A stretch of 64,000 nt of DNA from an uncultured Gemmatimonadales bacterium (GTDB lineage: Bacteria; Gemmatimonadota; Gemmatimonadetes; Gemmatimonadales; GWC2-71-9). Below, piece by piece: positions 1 through 10,640 of this stretch. A program made the translations under genes and the position numbers. Each line of letters begins with the position of its first letter. Position 1 is the stretch's first letter. The notes under the pieces were generated by a model that was given only the letters and a program-made list of their open reading frames with translations, made no database searches and was not told the origin of the DNA. The stretch spans positions 224,001 to 288,000 of the forward strand of contig CAVSLV010000004.1 of NCBI GenBank assembly GCA_963728915.1, in the 5' to 3' direction.

Positions 1-779
1 AGATCCCGGATCAGAAGGGTCGCCGCCTCGCCGAACCGGCTTGCGATCGGTCCCAGGGGCTCGCCCCCCTCACTCCCACTCGGTCCGCTCCAGCGCCGCC
101 GGCCGCTCCCGCTCAGCGAAAGCAGGGTCCCCGAGATCCCTCCCACGGCGAGGATCTCCAGGGTGTCATGGGGAATCAGCTCGTACAGCGAGCCGCTCGC
201 CCGACGCACCAGATCGGGCCCGTCGCTGGCCTCGCAGACCGCCCGGGCAAGGTGCTCGGGCAGGCTCTCGCGGGTAATCCCGTGTTCCAGCAGTGACGCG
301 GGGGCCGAGGCGACCCGTCCCGCAAGGTCGGTCAGGACCGGTGCGAGCTGGACCGCGAGCCGGCGGAGCCCGACCGCTTCCCGGGGGCCGAAACTGCTCT
401 TCGCGAAGCTCCCCAGGAGCACCACCCCCACCTCGCGCGAGCCGTCGGCTGGGCGGATCGGCGCGGCGATCGCCGAGCCGTACCGGGCATGCCGGAGGGT
501 TTCCTCCAGGCGATACAGGTCACCCTGCTGAAGCTGGGGAGCGGGAACCGGAACATCGATCCGGTCTTCTCCCAGCGCGGCCGGTCCCAGAAGGACCGCC
601 CCGCCGCGGGGAGGATAGAGCCAGAGGGCAAAGAGGTCGTGGGGAATATCGATCGCGACCGTGGCGCTCAGGGCGACGTGCCAGGTCTCGATCGCGACCG
701 GATCCGGGGCACCGCCTTCGGTGCGGAGGAGCGGAACAAGGAATTCGCCGGCCATGGTTGGCCGGGGAGCAGGAGGCAT
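1..779 (-). CDS. hypothetical protein, possibly GAF-like; runs off the window edge
   Basis: Manual translation from ATG at 779 (MPPAPRPTMAGEFLVPLL...SAIAAPIR...VGVVLLGS) stays open to base 1; absent from the ORF track because no stop is reached. Confidence 0.6.
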   Translation of the reverse strand, partial: MPPAPRPTMAGEFLVPLLRTEGGAPDPVAIETWHVALSATVAIDIPHDLFALWLYPPRGGAVLLGPAALGEDRIDVPVPAPQLQQGDLYRLEETLRHARYGSAIAAPIRPADGSREVGVVLLGSFAKSSFGPREAVGLRRLAVQLAPVLTDLAGRVASAPASLLEHGITRESLPEHLARAVCEASDGPDLVRRASGSLYELIPHDTLEILAVGGISGTLLSLSGSGRRRWSGPSGSEGGEPLGPIASRFGEAATLLIRD

Positions 780-827
780 GCCCGTGAGATTGTACCCGCC
801 AACCTCTTGTTCGGCAACCAGTTGGCC

Positions 828-2099
828 TCAGGCGGCCTGGGCCCTCTCCGTGTCCGCTGCGACCGCCGGCGCAGCCAGCAAGACGATGAGCGCTCCGATC
901 AACGCCGCCACGGGAAGGAGCAAAACCGCCCATTGCAAGCCGAATCGATCGGACAGGAAGCCGACCAGCGGAAACGCGATCGCGTCTCCCGCCAGATGGA
1001 TGAACATGAGAAAGGCGCCCGCCACCGTCGTGGCGATGCGGGGCGGCGTCACGTCGAAGATCACTGCCGCCAGCGGGCCGTTGTACCAGGTGAGGAAGAA
1101 GAACGCCGCGGTGAAAACGGGGATGAACCACCCCATGTCCCGGATGAAGAGGAGCCAGATCGCGAGCGGAGAGCCCAGGATGAACCCTAACCCGGTCGCG
1201 AGGATCCGCCCGCTGGCCCAGCGGAGCCGCAGCCAGTCCGCAATGAAGCCCCCCGTGATGGTCCCGGCGGTGCCCCCGATCAGGCCGTAGGAGCCGAGCA
1301 GCAGGGTCGATTGCGCGATCGACAGGCCCCGCTCCCGCGACAGGAACGTCGGCGCCCATCCCACCAGGCCGTTCATACCGAAGGAGATCAGCGCGCCCCC
1401 TGCGAACACCGCCACCAGGGTCCGTGTCGAGAGAATCCGGCGCGCCGCCCCCTCCAGGTCGCGCATGGTGGCCAGCAGCGCCTCGGCCCCCAGGCGGGAG
1501 GGAATGGCCGGCCGGCTGGGGTCCTTGAGTCGGAGCACCAGGGCCGCGACCAGGAACCCGGGAAGGCCCAGGGCAAAGAACGCGACCCGCCACCCGTAGC
1601 GATGCTCCAGCTGACCCGCGATCAGGATGCCCAGGACCCCGCCAACCGCGAGGCCGGACATGAAGAGTCCCATGGCGATGGAGCGTCGCCGCCCCGGGAA
1701 ATAGTCGGCCACCAGCGAGGCGCCGCCGGTGGCTGCGGCGGCGCCTCCTAACCCGATCACGCAGCGGGAGAGCAGCAGCGCGCCGAATCCGTCGGCCAGC
1801 CCCGACAAGCTCGTCGCGACGCTCCACAGCATCACCCCGGCGGCGATCACCACCCGGCGGGATCCCAGGTCGCCGATGATGCCGGCCGGCACCGAGGCGA
1901 GGGAGAACACCAGGACGTAGGCCGATCCCAGCCACCCGAGATGGGCGTCGGTCAGACCGAGGTCGCGCTTGACCGGCTCGAACAGCGCGAAGATGGCGTT
2001 GCGTTCGAGATAGTTGAGAAGATTGGTGGCGGTAAGAAGCGCCAGCGCGTAGTACGCGTATGGCGCGGGCCGGGAAGGCTCGGCGGTGGTCGCAGACAC
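828..2099 (-). CDS. MFS transporter (spinster-like)
   Basis: Many hydrophobic segments; NLLNYLERN and GIIGDLGSRR (MFS motif A-like); GTG at 2099 chosen because it lies 6 nt after TATATT. Confidence 0.9.
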   Translation of the reverse strand: MSATTAEPSRPAPYAYYALALLTATNLLNYLERNAIFALFEPVKRDLGLTDAHLGWLGSAYVLVFSLASVPAGIIGDLGSRRVVIAAGVMLWSVATSLSGLADGFGALLLSRCVIGLGGAAAATGGASLVADYFPGRRRSIAMGLFMSGLAVGGVLGILIAGQLEHRYGWRVAFFALGLPGFLVAALVLRLKDPSRPAIPSRLGAEALLATMRDLEGAARRILSTRTLVAVFAGGALISFGMNGLVGWAPTFLSRERGLSIAQSTLLLGSYGLIGGTAGTITGGFIADWLRLRWASGRILATGLGFILGSPLAIWLLFIRDMGWFIPVFTAAFFFLTWYNGPLAAVIFDVTPPRIATTVAGAFLMFIHLAGDAIAFPLVGFLSDRFGLQWAVLLLPVAALIGALIVLLAAPAVAADTERAQAA

Positions 2100-2135
2100 G
2101 GGCACAATATAGCGGTCGGCCTTAGCTTCCCGGCC

Positions 2136-2408
2136 ATGAAGCCTGGACCGGAGCGGACCTGGCGGAGCCTGATCATGCGGCTGACGACGCGCGCTCTCGT
2201 GAACCCCAGGCTCGCGATCGATCTGGTCCGGACCGGGTGGGCCTTCCGGCGCCGCGACTGGTGGCGGATCGCCCCCTTCCTGCCCCTCCCGGATCGTGCC
2301 TACCTGCGTTGGCGGATGTATACCGCCTATGGGGATGAGTCCGCCGTCCCGCCCCTCCGCGATGTGCTCGGATTCGTCCGATGGCGGCGCGAGACGATGC
2401 GGCTGTGA
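2136..2408 (+). CDS. hypothetical protein
   Basis: ATG 7 nt after TAGCTT; PFLPLPDRAYLRWRMYTAYG segment; GTGA overlap with the next gene. Confidence 0.7.
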   Translation: MKPGPERTWRSLIMRLTTRALVNPRLAIDLVRTGWAFRRRDWWRIAPFLPLPDRAYLRWRMYTAYGDESAVPPLRDVLGFVRWRRETMRL

Positions 2409-3661
2409 CCGCTCCCCGGGTGGTGATCGTGGGCGGTGGCTTCGGCGGCCTCAATGTCGCGAAGGCCCTGCGCCGGAGTCCGGTGGGCGTGGTCCTGATC
2501 GATCGGACCAATCACCATCTCTTTCAACCGCTCCTGTACCAGGTGGCCACCGCCGCCCTCTCCGCACCCGATATCTCCTATCCCATTCGTTCGGTGCTGC
2601 GGCGACAGCGCCGGGTCGAAGTCCTGCTCGGCGACGTGATTCGGATCGATGTCGCGGCCCGCGAGATCGGCCTCCGCGATGGCGACCGTACCGGCTTCGA
2701 CTACCTGGTGCTCGCGCCCGGCACCCGACATTCCTATTTCGGGCACCCCCGGTGGGAAGCCCTGGCGCCCGGTCTCAAGACCCTCGCCGACGCCGGGGAA
2801 ATCCGCCGCCGGATTCTGCTCGCATTCGAGTCGGCGGAACGCCGCCGCGAACCGCTGACGTTCGTCGTCGTTGGCGCCGGGCCCACCGGAGCGGAGCTGG
2901 CAGGAGCGATCGCCGAAATGTCCCGCTACACCCTGCGCCACGATTTTCGGCGGGTGGACCCGCGGCGGGCCCGGATTCTCCTGCTGGAAGGCGGTCCCCG
3001 CATTCTGCCGACCTATCCCCCGGGTCTCGCGGCCAAAGCGACGCGCCATCTCGAGCGGCTCGGCGTCGAGGTCCGGACCGGCACCCTGGTCTCGTCGGTC
3101 GATGGTGAAGGAGTGCATGTCGGCGAAACGACGATTCCCGCATCCGCGGTGATCTGGGCTGCCGGAAACGAAGCGAGTCCGCTGCTCCGCGAGCTCGGCG
3201 TGCCGCTCGACCGCCAGGGCAGGGTGCCGGTCGAAGCGGACTGTACCGTGCCCGGCCACTCGAGGATCTTCGTGATCGGTGATGCAGCGGCGTTCCGGCA
3301 CCAGGCCGGATACGACCTGCTGCCCGGAGTGAGCCCGGTCGCGATCCAGCAGGGGCACTACGTTGGACGGAGTATCCGTCGTGACCTTGCCGGTGAGCCC
3401 CGCCGACCCTTTCATTACTTCAACAAGGGCCAGCTGGCCGTGATCGGAAGAGGCTTCGCGGTCGCCGACCTCGGGTGGATCCGGGCTGCCGGCTACCCGG
3501 CGTGGCTCCTCTGGGTCTTCATTCACATCTTCTACCTGATCGGATTCCGGAGCAGAGTGCTGGTGATGTTCGAATGGGCCTGGTCCTACCTGACCCTTTC
3601 ACGGGGGGCGCGGGTGATTCCGGGCGAGTGGCGCCCCGCTGCCGATTCCCGGGAACCCTGA
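2405..3661 (+). CDS. ndh: type II NADH dehydrogenase-like NAD(P)/FAD oxidoreductase
   Basis: GGGFGG, FQPLLYQVAT, VVGAGPTGAELAG, WAAG and IGD motifs. Confidence 0.9.
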   Translation: MTAPRVVIVGGGFGGLNVAKALRRSPVGVVLIDRTNHHLFQPLLYQVATAALSAPDISYPIRSVLRRQRRVEVLLGDVIRIDVAAREIGLRDGDRTGFDYLVLAPGTRHSYFGHPRWEALAPGLKTLADAGEIRRRILLAFESAERRREPLTFVVVGAGPTGAELAGAIAEMSRYTLRHDFRRVDPRRARILLLEGGPRILPTYPPGLAAKATRHLERLGVEVRTGTLVSSVDGEGVHVGETTIPASAVIWAAGNEASPLLRELGVPLDRQGRVPVEADCTVPGHSRIFVIGDAAAFRHQAGYDLLPGVSPVAIQQGHYVGRSIRRDLAGEPRRPFHYFNKGQLAVIGRGFAVADLGWIRAAGYPAWLLWVFIHIFYLIGFRSRVLVMFEWAWSYLTLSRGARVIPGEWRPAADSREP

Positions 3662-3662
3662 A

Positions 3663-4667
3663 ATGGATGCAGGACAGGTTTCCCGCCCCGCCCTGCAGGC
3701 GGAGGCCGGCCGGCTCGGGTTTGCGGCCGCTGGCATCGCGTCGCTGGAGCCGAGCCGCTACGCCGACGCGCTGGACCGCTGGCTCGCTGCGGGTTATGCG
3801 GGGACCATGCGGTATCTCCACCGTCAGGCCCGCCGCCGCAAGGCGCCCGCGACGATCGTGCCGGAAGCGCGGGTCGCGGTGGTGGTCCTGGAGAACTATT
3901 TGCCGGAGGAGCCGGGGAATCGCGAATCCGAACCGGCGGGTCCTGCGAAGGTCAGGATCGCGAAGTACGCCCGGGGCACCGATTACCACCGCGCGCTCAA
4001 GGCGCGGCTGGAGGAGCTCGCCGGCTGGCTTCGAAGTCGTGGCGCCGCCGTCACCCGGAGCTACACCGACGCGGGACCGGTTCCCGAACGCGAGCTGGCG
4101 GCGCGGGCCGGCCTGGGCTGGATCGGGAAGAACACCATGCTGATCCGTCCCGGCGCGGGCTCGTTCTTCCTGATCGGGAGCATCTTCACCGATCTCGAGT
4201 TCGGAATCCCGGGTCCGGAATCCGGCGCATCCCCTTCCCCCTCCGGACTCCCGACTCCGGACTCTGATTACTGCGGTTCCTGCACCCGTTGCCTGGATGC
4301 CTGCCCGACCGGAGCCCTGCTGGGGGATCGCGTGCTCGACGCGACCCGCTGCATCTCCTACCTCACCATCGAGTCACGGGCCCCGATTCCCGAGCCGCGG
4401 GCCGGCGAGCTCCAGGGTTGGGCCTTCGGTTGCGACATCTGCAATGACGTCTGTCCCTGGAACCAGCGCTTTGCAGCGCCCACCGCCCGGCCCGAGTACC
4501 GGGAGCGTGGCGCCATTCGCTCCGAGGATCCCGGGTTCTTCGATCGGATGTCCCCGGAAGAGTTCGCGGCGCGCTTCGGGGATACCCCCCTGGAACGACC
4601 CGGCCTGGTCGGGATGCGCCGCAACTGGCGGGTCGCCTGGCGAAGCCTTTCCCTGGAGCGTCGATGA
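3663..4667 (+). CDS. queG: epoxyqueuosine reductase
   Basis: YARGTDYH, GLGWIGKN, CGSCTRCLDACPT, CISYLTIE, GCDICNDVCPWN. Confidence 0.95.
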   Translation: MDAGQVSRPALQAEAGRLGFAAAGIASLEPSRYADALDRWLAAGYAGTMRYLHRQARRRKAPATIVPEARVAVVVLENYLPEEPGNRESEPAGPAKVRIAKYARGTDYHRALKARLEELAGWLRSRGAAVTRSYTDAGPVPERELAARAGLGWIGKNTMLIRPGAGSFFLIGSIFTDLEFGIPGPESGASPSPSGLPTPDSDYCGSCTRCLDACPTGALLGDRVLDATRCISYLTIESRAPIPEPRAGELQGWAFGCDICNDVCPWNQRFAAPTARPEYRERGAIRSEDPGFFDRMSPEEFAARFGDTPLERPGLVGMRRNWRVAWRSLSLERR

Positions 4668-5035
4668 TCGAACGGGTGCACTCCTTGGCCGTCTTCGTGA
4701 ACAACCTGGATCGCGCGATCGAGTTCTATCGCGACGTCCTCGGCCTCCCGGTGCACAAACAGGGAAGCTTCGGCCTCGAGCTTTTTCTCGAGCCGCCTCA
4801 CCTTGGAATCCATCCAGCGGTGCATCCCGATGCCAAGAGCCTGGTCGGGCGGCACACCGGAGTCACCTTTTATGTCCCTGGGCTCCTGCACTATTGCGGG
4901 GTATTGCATGAACGCGGGGTTCGGTTCGTGAGTGAGCCAACCCGCATGTCGTGGGGGGTCATGGCGATGATCGCCGACCCGGAGGAGAACGTCTTTGCGC
5001 TCTGGGAGGACTTGCCGGCCGAGCCGCCCGCCTAG
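4664..5035 (+). CDS. VOC/glyoxalase family protein
   Basis: VNNLDRAIEFYRDVLG ... WG ... DPEEN pattern. Confidence 0.85.
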   Translation: MIERVHSLAVFVNNLDRAIEFYRDVLGLPVHKQGSFGLELFLEPPHLGIHPAVHPDAKSLVGRHTGVTFYVPGLLHYCGVLHERGVRFVSEPTRMSWGVMAMIADPEENVFALWEDLPAEPPA

Positions 5036-5220
5036 GACTTGGTGGCCTTCCGCTTCCGCCGCCGTGCCGCCGCGGACTTGAGCTTGCGCGCTTCGCTGGG
5101 TTTGAGATAATGCCGCTTGGCGCGGAGATCCTTGAGGATCCCGGCCTTGATGACCTTCTTCTTGAACGCCTTGAGGGCGCCGTCGAGGCGGTCGCCCTCG
5201 CCGATCGTCACTTCGATCAT
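5032..5220 (-). CDS. rpsU: 30S ribosomal protein S21
   Basis: MIEVTIGEGDRLDGALKAFKKKVIKAGILKDLRAKRHYLKPSEARK; GGAG SD upstream. Confidence 0.95.
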   Translation of the reverse strand: MIEVTIGEGDRLDGALKAFKKKVIKAGILKDLRAKRHYLKPSEARKLKSAAARRRKRKATKS

Positions 5221-5282
5221 TGCTTCTCCTTGCCTGGGGCCATGGGGGCGGGAGGGATTCCCCCCGCCCCCGCTTGACGCGG

Positions 5283-5495
5283 TTACTTCGCGATCTTCAC
5301 GACGTTTTCTGCGGCGGGACCCTTCTGACCCTGGACGATGGTGAACTCCACTCGATCGCCTTCGGCGAGCGAGCGAAAGCCGTCGGCCTGAATCGCGGAG
5401 TGATGGACGAAACAGTCCTTCTCGCCGCCTTCGGGGGTGATGAACCCGAAGCCCTTCGCATCGTTGAACCACTTGACCGTGCCGGTCGTACGCAT
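5283..5495 (-). CDS. csp: cold-shock protein
   Basis: [15 protein letters not shown] and FVHHSAI RNP motifs; AAGGAG SD. Confidence 0.97.
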   Translation of the reverse strand: MRTTGTVKWFNDAKGFGFITPEGGEKDCFVHHSAIQADGFRSLAEGDRVEFTIVQGQKGPAAENVVKIAK

Positions 5496-5633
5496 TCCTG
5501 CTCCTTCGTGTGTTGTAATCGGAGACCGAGTGTGCGCCTCGGCAAACAACGAGGGGTCGCACTGAGAGCGACCCCTGTGCATCGTCCCCGAAGCTGTCTG
5601 ATCACGCCCCAATGCGGTACCAGATAGCCGGAG

Positions 5634-5662
5634 AATATAGCGTCCCGCCGTTCGGATTTCAA
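5634..5662 (-). promoter_or_regulatory. sigma70-type promoter of csp-rpsU
   Basis: Minus strand reads TTGAAA-N17-TATATT, about 140 nt upstream of the csp ATG. Confidence 0.7.
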
Positions 5663-5687
5663 AAGGGTCTGCGACGGGCCGGAGCGG

Positions 5688-6107
5688 CTAGGGGCGGGCG
5701 AGCCGTGAGGGCCGAAGCCGGACCAGCGAGGCGATGGCCACCAACCCGAGGGCGACGAACGCCGGGGTATGCCGAGTGGCGAACAGGGTCATCGCCCCCA
5801 CGATCGCCGGCATCTCCAGGACCGACCAGATCAACACCGCCCGTCCCAGGTGTTCCTGCCACCAGGCGTCCGGGCCGGCCCCTCCCGTTCCGGGAAGGCG
5901 CTGCCGCACCACCGAGGCGATCGTAAAACTGGACAGCCCGGTGAACAGGGCGACCGCGTCGAGCGTCCCGAGCGACGTGGTCACCGTTCCGGTGCTCCGG
6001 GTTACCACGAAGGCGCCCGCGAGGACGATACAGGTGCTGGCGAGGATGAAGGCGTGGAAGGTCCGGGCGGTCTGAATGGACGGTCCCGGGTTAGGGGATC
6101 GAATCAC
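5688..6107 (-). CDS. hypothetical membrane protein
   Basis: About four hydrophobic segments; overlaps the dacB stop. Confidence 0.7.
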   Translation of the reverse strand: MIRSPNPGPSIQTARTFHAFILASTCIVLAGAFVVTRSTGTVTTSLGTLDAVALFTGLSSFTIASVVRQRLPGTGGAGPDAWWQEHLGRAVLIWSVLEMPAIVGAMTLFATRHTPAFVALGLVAIASLVRLRPSRLARP

Positions 6108-7587
6108 CCGCCCCGCCGAGCTGGGCGCCGATGCTCAGGCTGTCCTCCGGGATCAGGGTCCCCTGGGCCCCCAGCAGCCGGAACAGCTTCCATTGCTCCT
6201 GCCGAGCGGTGTACACCCGGGAGCCGTTGTACATCAGGGAAATGAGCAGCACGCCTTCGGGGCGTCCCAGATATCCCACCACCGTGGCGACGTCTCCCAG
6301 AGTGCCGGTCTTGGCCCGCACGATCCCGGGGCCGGGCATGCCGATCGCGAGCTTCCGCAGCGTCCCGCTTCCATTGGTGGGAAGCAGCATCGGAAATCCG
6401 CGGCCCGAAGGCAGCAGCGGGAACCGGGCGAGATAGGCGATGAAGGTCAGGGGCGTCACCCGGTCGTCATGGGAGAGCCCGCTTCCATCCAGCAGCCGGA
6501 GTCCGGTGCCGTCGCCGGTCACCTGGCGGACGTGCTCCACCAGGAGCTCCACCGGGTTAGGCCATCCACCCGCCCATCGCAACAACAGCTCGGCCCCGAT
6601 GTTCACCGAGCGGCGATTGATTTCCATGGCGATGGAGTCGAAGGGCGAGGAGCTGACCTGCGCCAGCACCATCGGCTTGGCAAGCTCGAAGGCGGGCTGG
6701 GCGGGCGGAGCCTTCCGGTCCCAGTCGATCCCCGCCATCTGGAGGGCCCGGTACCAGATCGCCTCGACCACCGCCTTGGGCTCGTGCGCCGTCACCGTGA
6801 ACCATCGGGTCCGGGCACTGAGGCCGATGGTGCCGGAGACCACGAATCGGCCGTTCATCGCCTTCTGCACCCTCAATCGAGCCCGCCGGCCCGCTACGGT
6901 TCGCGCTTTGATGTCCACCAGATCCGCGATGCCCGAGGGCGCCTCGGATCGGAGCACCGCGAGGTTCCCGCTATGGGCTCCCGCGCCGATCGCGAAGGTC
7001 ACCAACCCCTCGTTGACCGCCACATTGCTGACCAGCGGAGCGAAGTAGCGGCCCTGGTGGCGGCGATCCCAGACCGAAGGAAAGAAGGCGACCGGCTCGC
7101 CGGTTCCGCTCACCAGCGCCAGTGGACCGGTCAGCCGGCGGACCCCCTTGTCTCTCAGCTGCTCGGCGAGCTCGAGCAGGGTAGGCCCCCCGTGCATCGG
7201 GCGTTCCAGGGTGGGATCGCCGTTCAATTCCAGGGACCAGTCGCCGACCCAGGTCGAGGTGAACGGGTCGACGTGACCGGTGCCGATGAACCGGGTCGTT
7301 CGCCGGGCATCGCCGCCCAGCACGCTCCGCGCGTAACCGGTGGTGAAGAGCTTGACCGTCGAGGCGGGAATCATCGGGCGGGTCGCATCGACCGCCCAGA
7401 GCAATTGACCATCCTGGCGCGCGACCGCGATGCCCCAGGTACCAGGGGCCACCCGGGAGGCTCTCGCAAACCACGTCTCGAGGGTGGATTGCAGGTCGCC
7501 CGGGCCGGGACCGATCCGCGCTCCCGCGGCCGCCGGCATTCCGGCAGCAACGGCAACGCACAGCAACGCCGGGGAAAGCCGGGTCAT
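6091..7587 (-). CDS. dacB: D-Ala-D-Ala carboxypeptidase/endopeptidase (PBP4, peptidase S13)
   Basis: Signal peptide; PASTVK (SxxK), SVN, DGSGLS, AKTGTL. Confidence 0.92.
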   Translation of the reverse strand: MTRLSPALLCVAVAAGMPAAAGARIGPGPGDLQSTLETWFARASRVAPGTWGIAVARQDGQLLWAVDATRPMIPASTVKLFTTGYARSVLGGDARRTTRFIGTGHVDPFTSTWVGDWSLELNGDPTLERPMHGGPTLLELAEQLRDKGVRRLTGPLALVSGTGEPVAFFPSVWDRRHQGRYFAPLVSNVAVNEGLVTFAIGAGAHSGNLAVLRSEAPSGIADLVDIKARTVAGRRARLRVQKAMNGRFVVSGTIGLSARTRWFTVTAHEPKAVVEAIWYRALQMAGIDWDRKAPPAQPAFELAKPMVLAQVSSSPFDSIAMEINRRSVNIGAELLLRWAGGWPNPVELLVEHVRQVTGDGTGLRLLDGSGLSHDDRVTPLTFIAYLARFPLLPSGRGFPMLLPTNGSGTLRKLAIGMPGPGIVRAKTGTLGDVATVVGYLGRPEGVLLISLMYNGSRVYTARQEQWKLFRLLGAQGTLIPEDSLSIGAQLGGAGDSIP

Positions 7588-8747
7588 TTCACCAAAGATT
7601 TGGCAATCGTAAGCAACTGCATGTTGCTGGTTCCCTCATAAATCGTGCCAATCTTGGCATCGCGATAGTACTTCTCGGCGGGGTATTCGCGTGAGTAGCC
7701 GTAGCCGCCGAACAGCTCCAGTGAGGTCGAGGTGATACGATCGGCCACCTGGGAGCTGAACAGTTTGGCCATCGCCGCCTCGACGGTGAACGGACGCCCG
7801 CCATCCTTGAGACGAGCGGCGTTGTACACCATGAGACGGGCCGCCTCGAGCTCGGTCCGCATTTGCGACAGCTGGAACTGCACCCCCTGAAACTCCGCGA
7901 TCGGTTTCCCGAACTGCTCTCGTTGCCTGACGTAGCCCAGCGCGGCGTCGAGCGCCCCTCGCGCCACGCCGATCATCTGGGCTCCGATGCCGATGCGTCC
8001 CTCGTTGAGCGTTTCGATCGAGATCTTGTAGCCCTGGCCGACCGGACCGAGAACGTTCTCGTCGGGTACCTGGCACCCTTCCAGGATGAGCTCGCAGGTG
8101 CTGGACGCACGAATCCCGAGCTTGTCCTCCTTCTTGCCCACCGCAAAGCCGGGAAACTCCCTTTCGACCAGGAACCCGGTGATCCCCTTGTATCCCTTCG
8201 CGGGATCCGCATTGGCGAAAACGATGTAAATCCCCGCTTCGGCCCCGTTGGTGATCCAGAACTTCCGCCCGGTGAGTTCCCAATGGCCGTCCCGTCGTAC
8301 CGCCCGGGTCTGCAGCGCGAAGGCATCACTGCCGCTCGCCGGCTCGGAGAGCGCGAACGCGCCCAGGAACCCGGAGGTCATCCGGGGGAAGTATCGGGCC
8401 TGCTGCTCGGTGCTGCCCCAGCGAAGGAGGCAGTTGTTGACCAGCGTGTTATGCACGTCCACGTAAATCGCCGCCGAGGCATCGATCCGGGCCAGCTCCT
8501 CGATCGCGAGCACGTTGAGGAAGAATGAACCGCCCGAGCCCCCCCACGGCTCCGGCACTTCGATGCCCATGAGCCCGAGCTCGAAGAACCGCGCGATCAG
8601 CTCGGGGCGGAACTTCCCGGCCTCATCCATCTCCTTCACGTGGGGCGCGACCTCCTGCTCGGCGAACTCCCTGACGGTCTGGCGGAACAGCTCCTCGTCT
8701 TCCGACAGCACGGTGAGCGCCGGGGAAGACGCAATCGTTTCGGACAT
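7584..8747 (-). CDS. acyl-CoA dehydrogenase (short/branched-chain type)
   Basis: FALSEPASGSDA, KFWITNG, REQFGKPI, IYEGTSNMQ. Confidence 0.93.
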   Translation of the reverse strand: MSETIASSPALTVLSEDEELFRQTVREFAEQEVAPHVKEMDEAGKFRPELIARFFELGLMGIEVPEPWGGSGGSFFLNVLAIEELARIDASAAIYVDVHNTLVNNCLLRWGSTEQQARYFPRMTSGFLGAFALSEPASGSDAFALQTRAVRRDGHWELTGRKFWITNGAEAGIYIVFANADPAKGYKGITGFLVEREFPGFAVGKKEDKLGIRASSTCELILEGCQVPDENVLGPVGQGYKISIETLNEGRIGIGAQMIGVARGALDAALGYVRQREQFGKPIAEFQGVQFQLSQMRTELEAARLMVYNAARLKDGGRPFTVEAAMAKLFSSQVADRITSTSLELFGGYGYSREYPAEKYYRDAKIGTIYEGTSNMQLLTIAKSLVK

Positions 8748-8813
8748 CGATGACTCCGGGCTAAGTCCTGAAAATATGGGGAATTGCGCCATCGAACGGT
8801 AGCAGGGAAGCCG

Positions 8814-10640
8814 TCAGGTGGCGAGAACCTCCAGGGCCACCGGCACCCGGCCCAGGGGGGCCGAAATCTGGACCCCGGCGACCCGCCCCCGAACCGCATC
8901 CAGCATTTCGCGGGCGATGCGTACCCCCTCCGCCAGTGCCGCTTCGCGCCCGCGTTCGCTCGCTTCGCGCATTCGCTTCAGGACTTCCGCCGGAACGGTC
9001 ACTCCGGGGACTTCGTTGGCGAGAAATTCGGCGTTTCTGAGCGAGACCAGCGGCCAGATCCCACCGATGATCGGGATCCGGAAAGCGTCGATGCGCTTGA
9101 GGAAGCGATCGAGCTGATTCAGGTCGAACACCGGCTGGGTAATGGCGAATTCGGCTCCCGCTTCCACCTTCCAGTGGAATCGCTTGAGCTCGTGCTCCAG
9201 GTCCGGCGCGGCGGGATTCACGCCGACACCGATCACGAACCGGGTGGGGGCTCCGATCGGGTTTCCTCCGGGATCGAGACCCCGGTTGAGACGGGCCACC
9301 AGATTGGTGAGTCCAATCGAGTCGATGTCGAAGACCGCGGTCGCGTCGGGATACGGCCCCATCTTGGGCGGGTCTCCGGTGACCAGCAGGAGGTTCCGGA
9401 GACCGGCGGCCGCCGCCCCCAGCAGATCCGACAGCATCCCGAGCAGGTTGCGATCCCGGCAGGCGTAATGGACCACGGCCTCGATTCCCACTTCCCGCTC
9501 GATCATGAGACCGGAGAGCAGCGCGCCCATCCGGCTCTGCGCCCGTGGCCCGTCCGGAACATTCACCGCATCCACCCCGGCGTCCCGCAGCGCCCGGCAT
9601 TGCTGGTACATCGGAGTGGGATCGACTCCCTTGGGAGGAACGATTTCCACCGCGGTCAGGAATTCGCCCCGCGCGAGCTTGGCCGCATATCTCGACCGCT
9701 CGGCCAGGGAAACCGGATCCAGGCCCGGGTTGGGGGCTTCGGTGGTCTGGGTGACGGTGAGGTGGTGCGGGGTCACCGAACGGACGAAACCGGCGATGGC
9801 CTTGATGTGGGCCGGGGTGGTGCCGCAACAGCCGCCTACGAAACGCGCTCCCGCCTCCACGATCCGCCGGGCGTATTCACCCATGTACTCCGGGGACGCC
9901 ATGTAGATCTTCCGGTTACCCACATCGCGTGGCAGCCCGGCGTTGGGCTGGGCCGAGATCGGGGTGCGAACCGACGCGGCAAGCTGCTCGACCGCCTCCA
10001 GCACGCCGTGGGGTCCCACCGAGCAGTTCACTCCGATCACGTCTGCGCCCATCTCCTCCAGGAGAGGACCGAAGCTGGCAGGCGCGGTGCCGTAGTGAGT
10101 GCGCCCGTCGATGCCCACGGTCATCTGGGCGATCACCGGCAGATCGGAAAGATTCCGGATGGCGGCGAAGGCGGCGCGAAGCTCCTCGACGTCGCTGAAC
10201 GTTTCCAGGACGAATCCCTCCACACCCCCCTGGAGCAGTCCCTGAACCTGGCGGGCAAAATCGGCCTGCGCCTCGGCGATCGAGGTTTCCCCGAAAGGCT
10301 CGATCCGAAGCCCGAGCGGACCGATGGCACCGACCACACTGACCCGCTGACCCCCCGCGTTTCGGGCCAGTTCGGCGGCCGCCTGGTTGATTCGCTCGGT
10401 CTCCGGGGCGAGCCCGAACTGTGCCAGCTTCCGGGGATTGGCGCCGAACGTGTTGGTTTCAATCAGCTCGGCTCCGGCCCGCACATACTCGCGATGGATG
10501 TCCCGAACCAGATCGGGCTGCCGCAGGTTCAGCTCGTCATAGCACACGTTGAGGAAGACGCCGCGATCGTAAAGCATGGTTCCCATCGCACCGTCGAACA
10601 CGTGGGTGCGGCCGTCCGCGATGAGCTCGCGCAGGGTCAT
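8814..10640 (-). CDS. bifunctional homocysteine S-methyltransferase / methylenetetrahydrofolate reductase (YitJ-like)
   Basis: N-terminal DGAMGT, GVNCS, GGCCGT; C-terminal MTHFR motifs [20 protein letters not shown]. Confidence 0.93.
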   Translation of the reverse strand: MTLRELIADGRTHVFDGAMGTMLYDRGVFLNVCYDELNLRQPDLVRDIHREYVRAGAELIETNTFGANPRKLAQFGLAPETERINQAAAELARNAGGQRVSVVGAIGPLGLRIEPFGETSIAEAQADFARQVQGLLQGGVEGFVLETFSDVEELRAAFAAIRNLSDLPVIAQMTVGIDGRTHYGTAPASFGPLLEEMGADVIGVNCSVGPHGVLEAVEQLAASVRTPISAQPNAGLPRDVGNRKIYMASPEYMGEYARRIVEAGARFVGGCCGTTPAHIKAIAGFVRSVTPHHLTVTQTTEAPNPGLDPVSLAERSRYAAKLARGEFLTAVEIVPPKGVDPTPMYQQCRALRDAGVDAVNVPDGPRAQSRMGALLSGLMIEREVGIEAVVHYACRDRNLLGMLSDLLGAAAAGLRNLLLVTGDPPKMGPYPDATAVFDIDSIGLTNLVARLNRGLDPGGNPIGAPTRFVIGVGVNPAAPDLEHELKRFHWKVEAGAEFAITQPVFDLNQLDRFLKRIDAFRIPIIGGIWPLVSLRNAEFLANEVPGVTVPAEVLKRMREASERGREAALAEGVRIAREMLDAVRGRVAGVQISAPLGRVPVALEVLAT

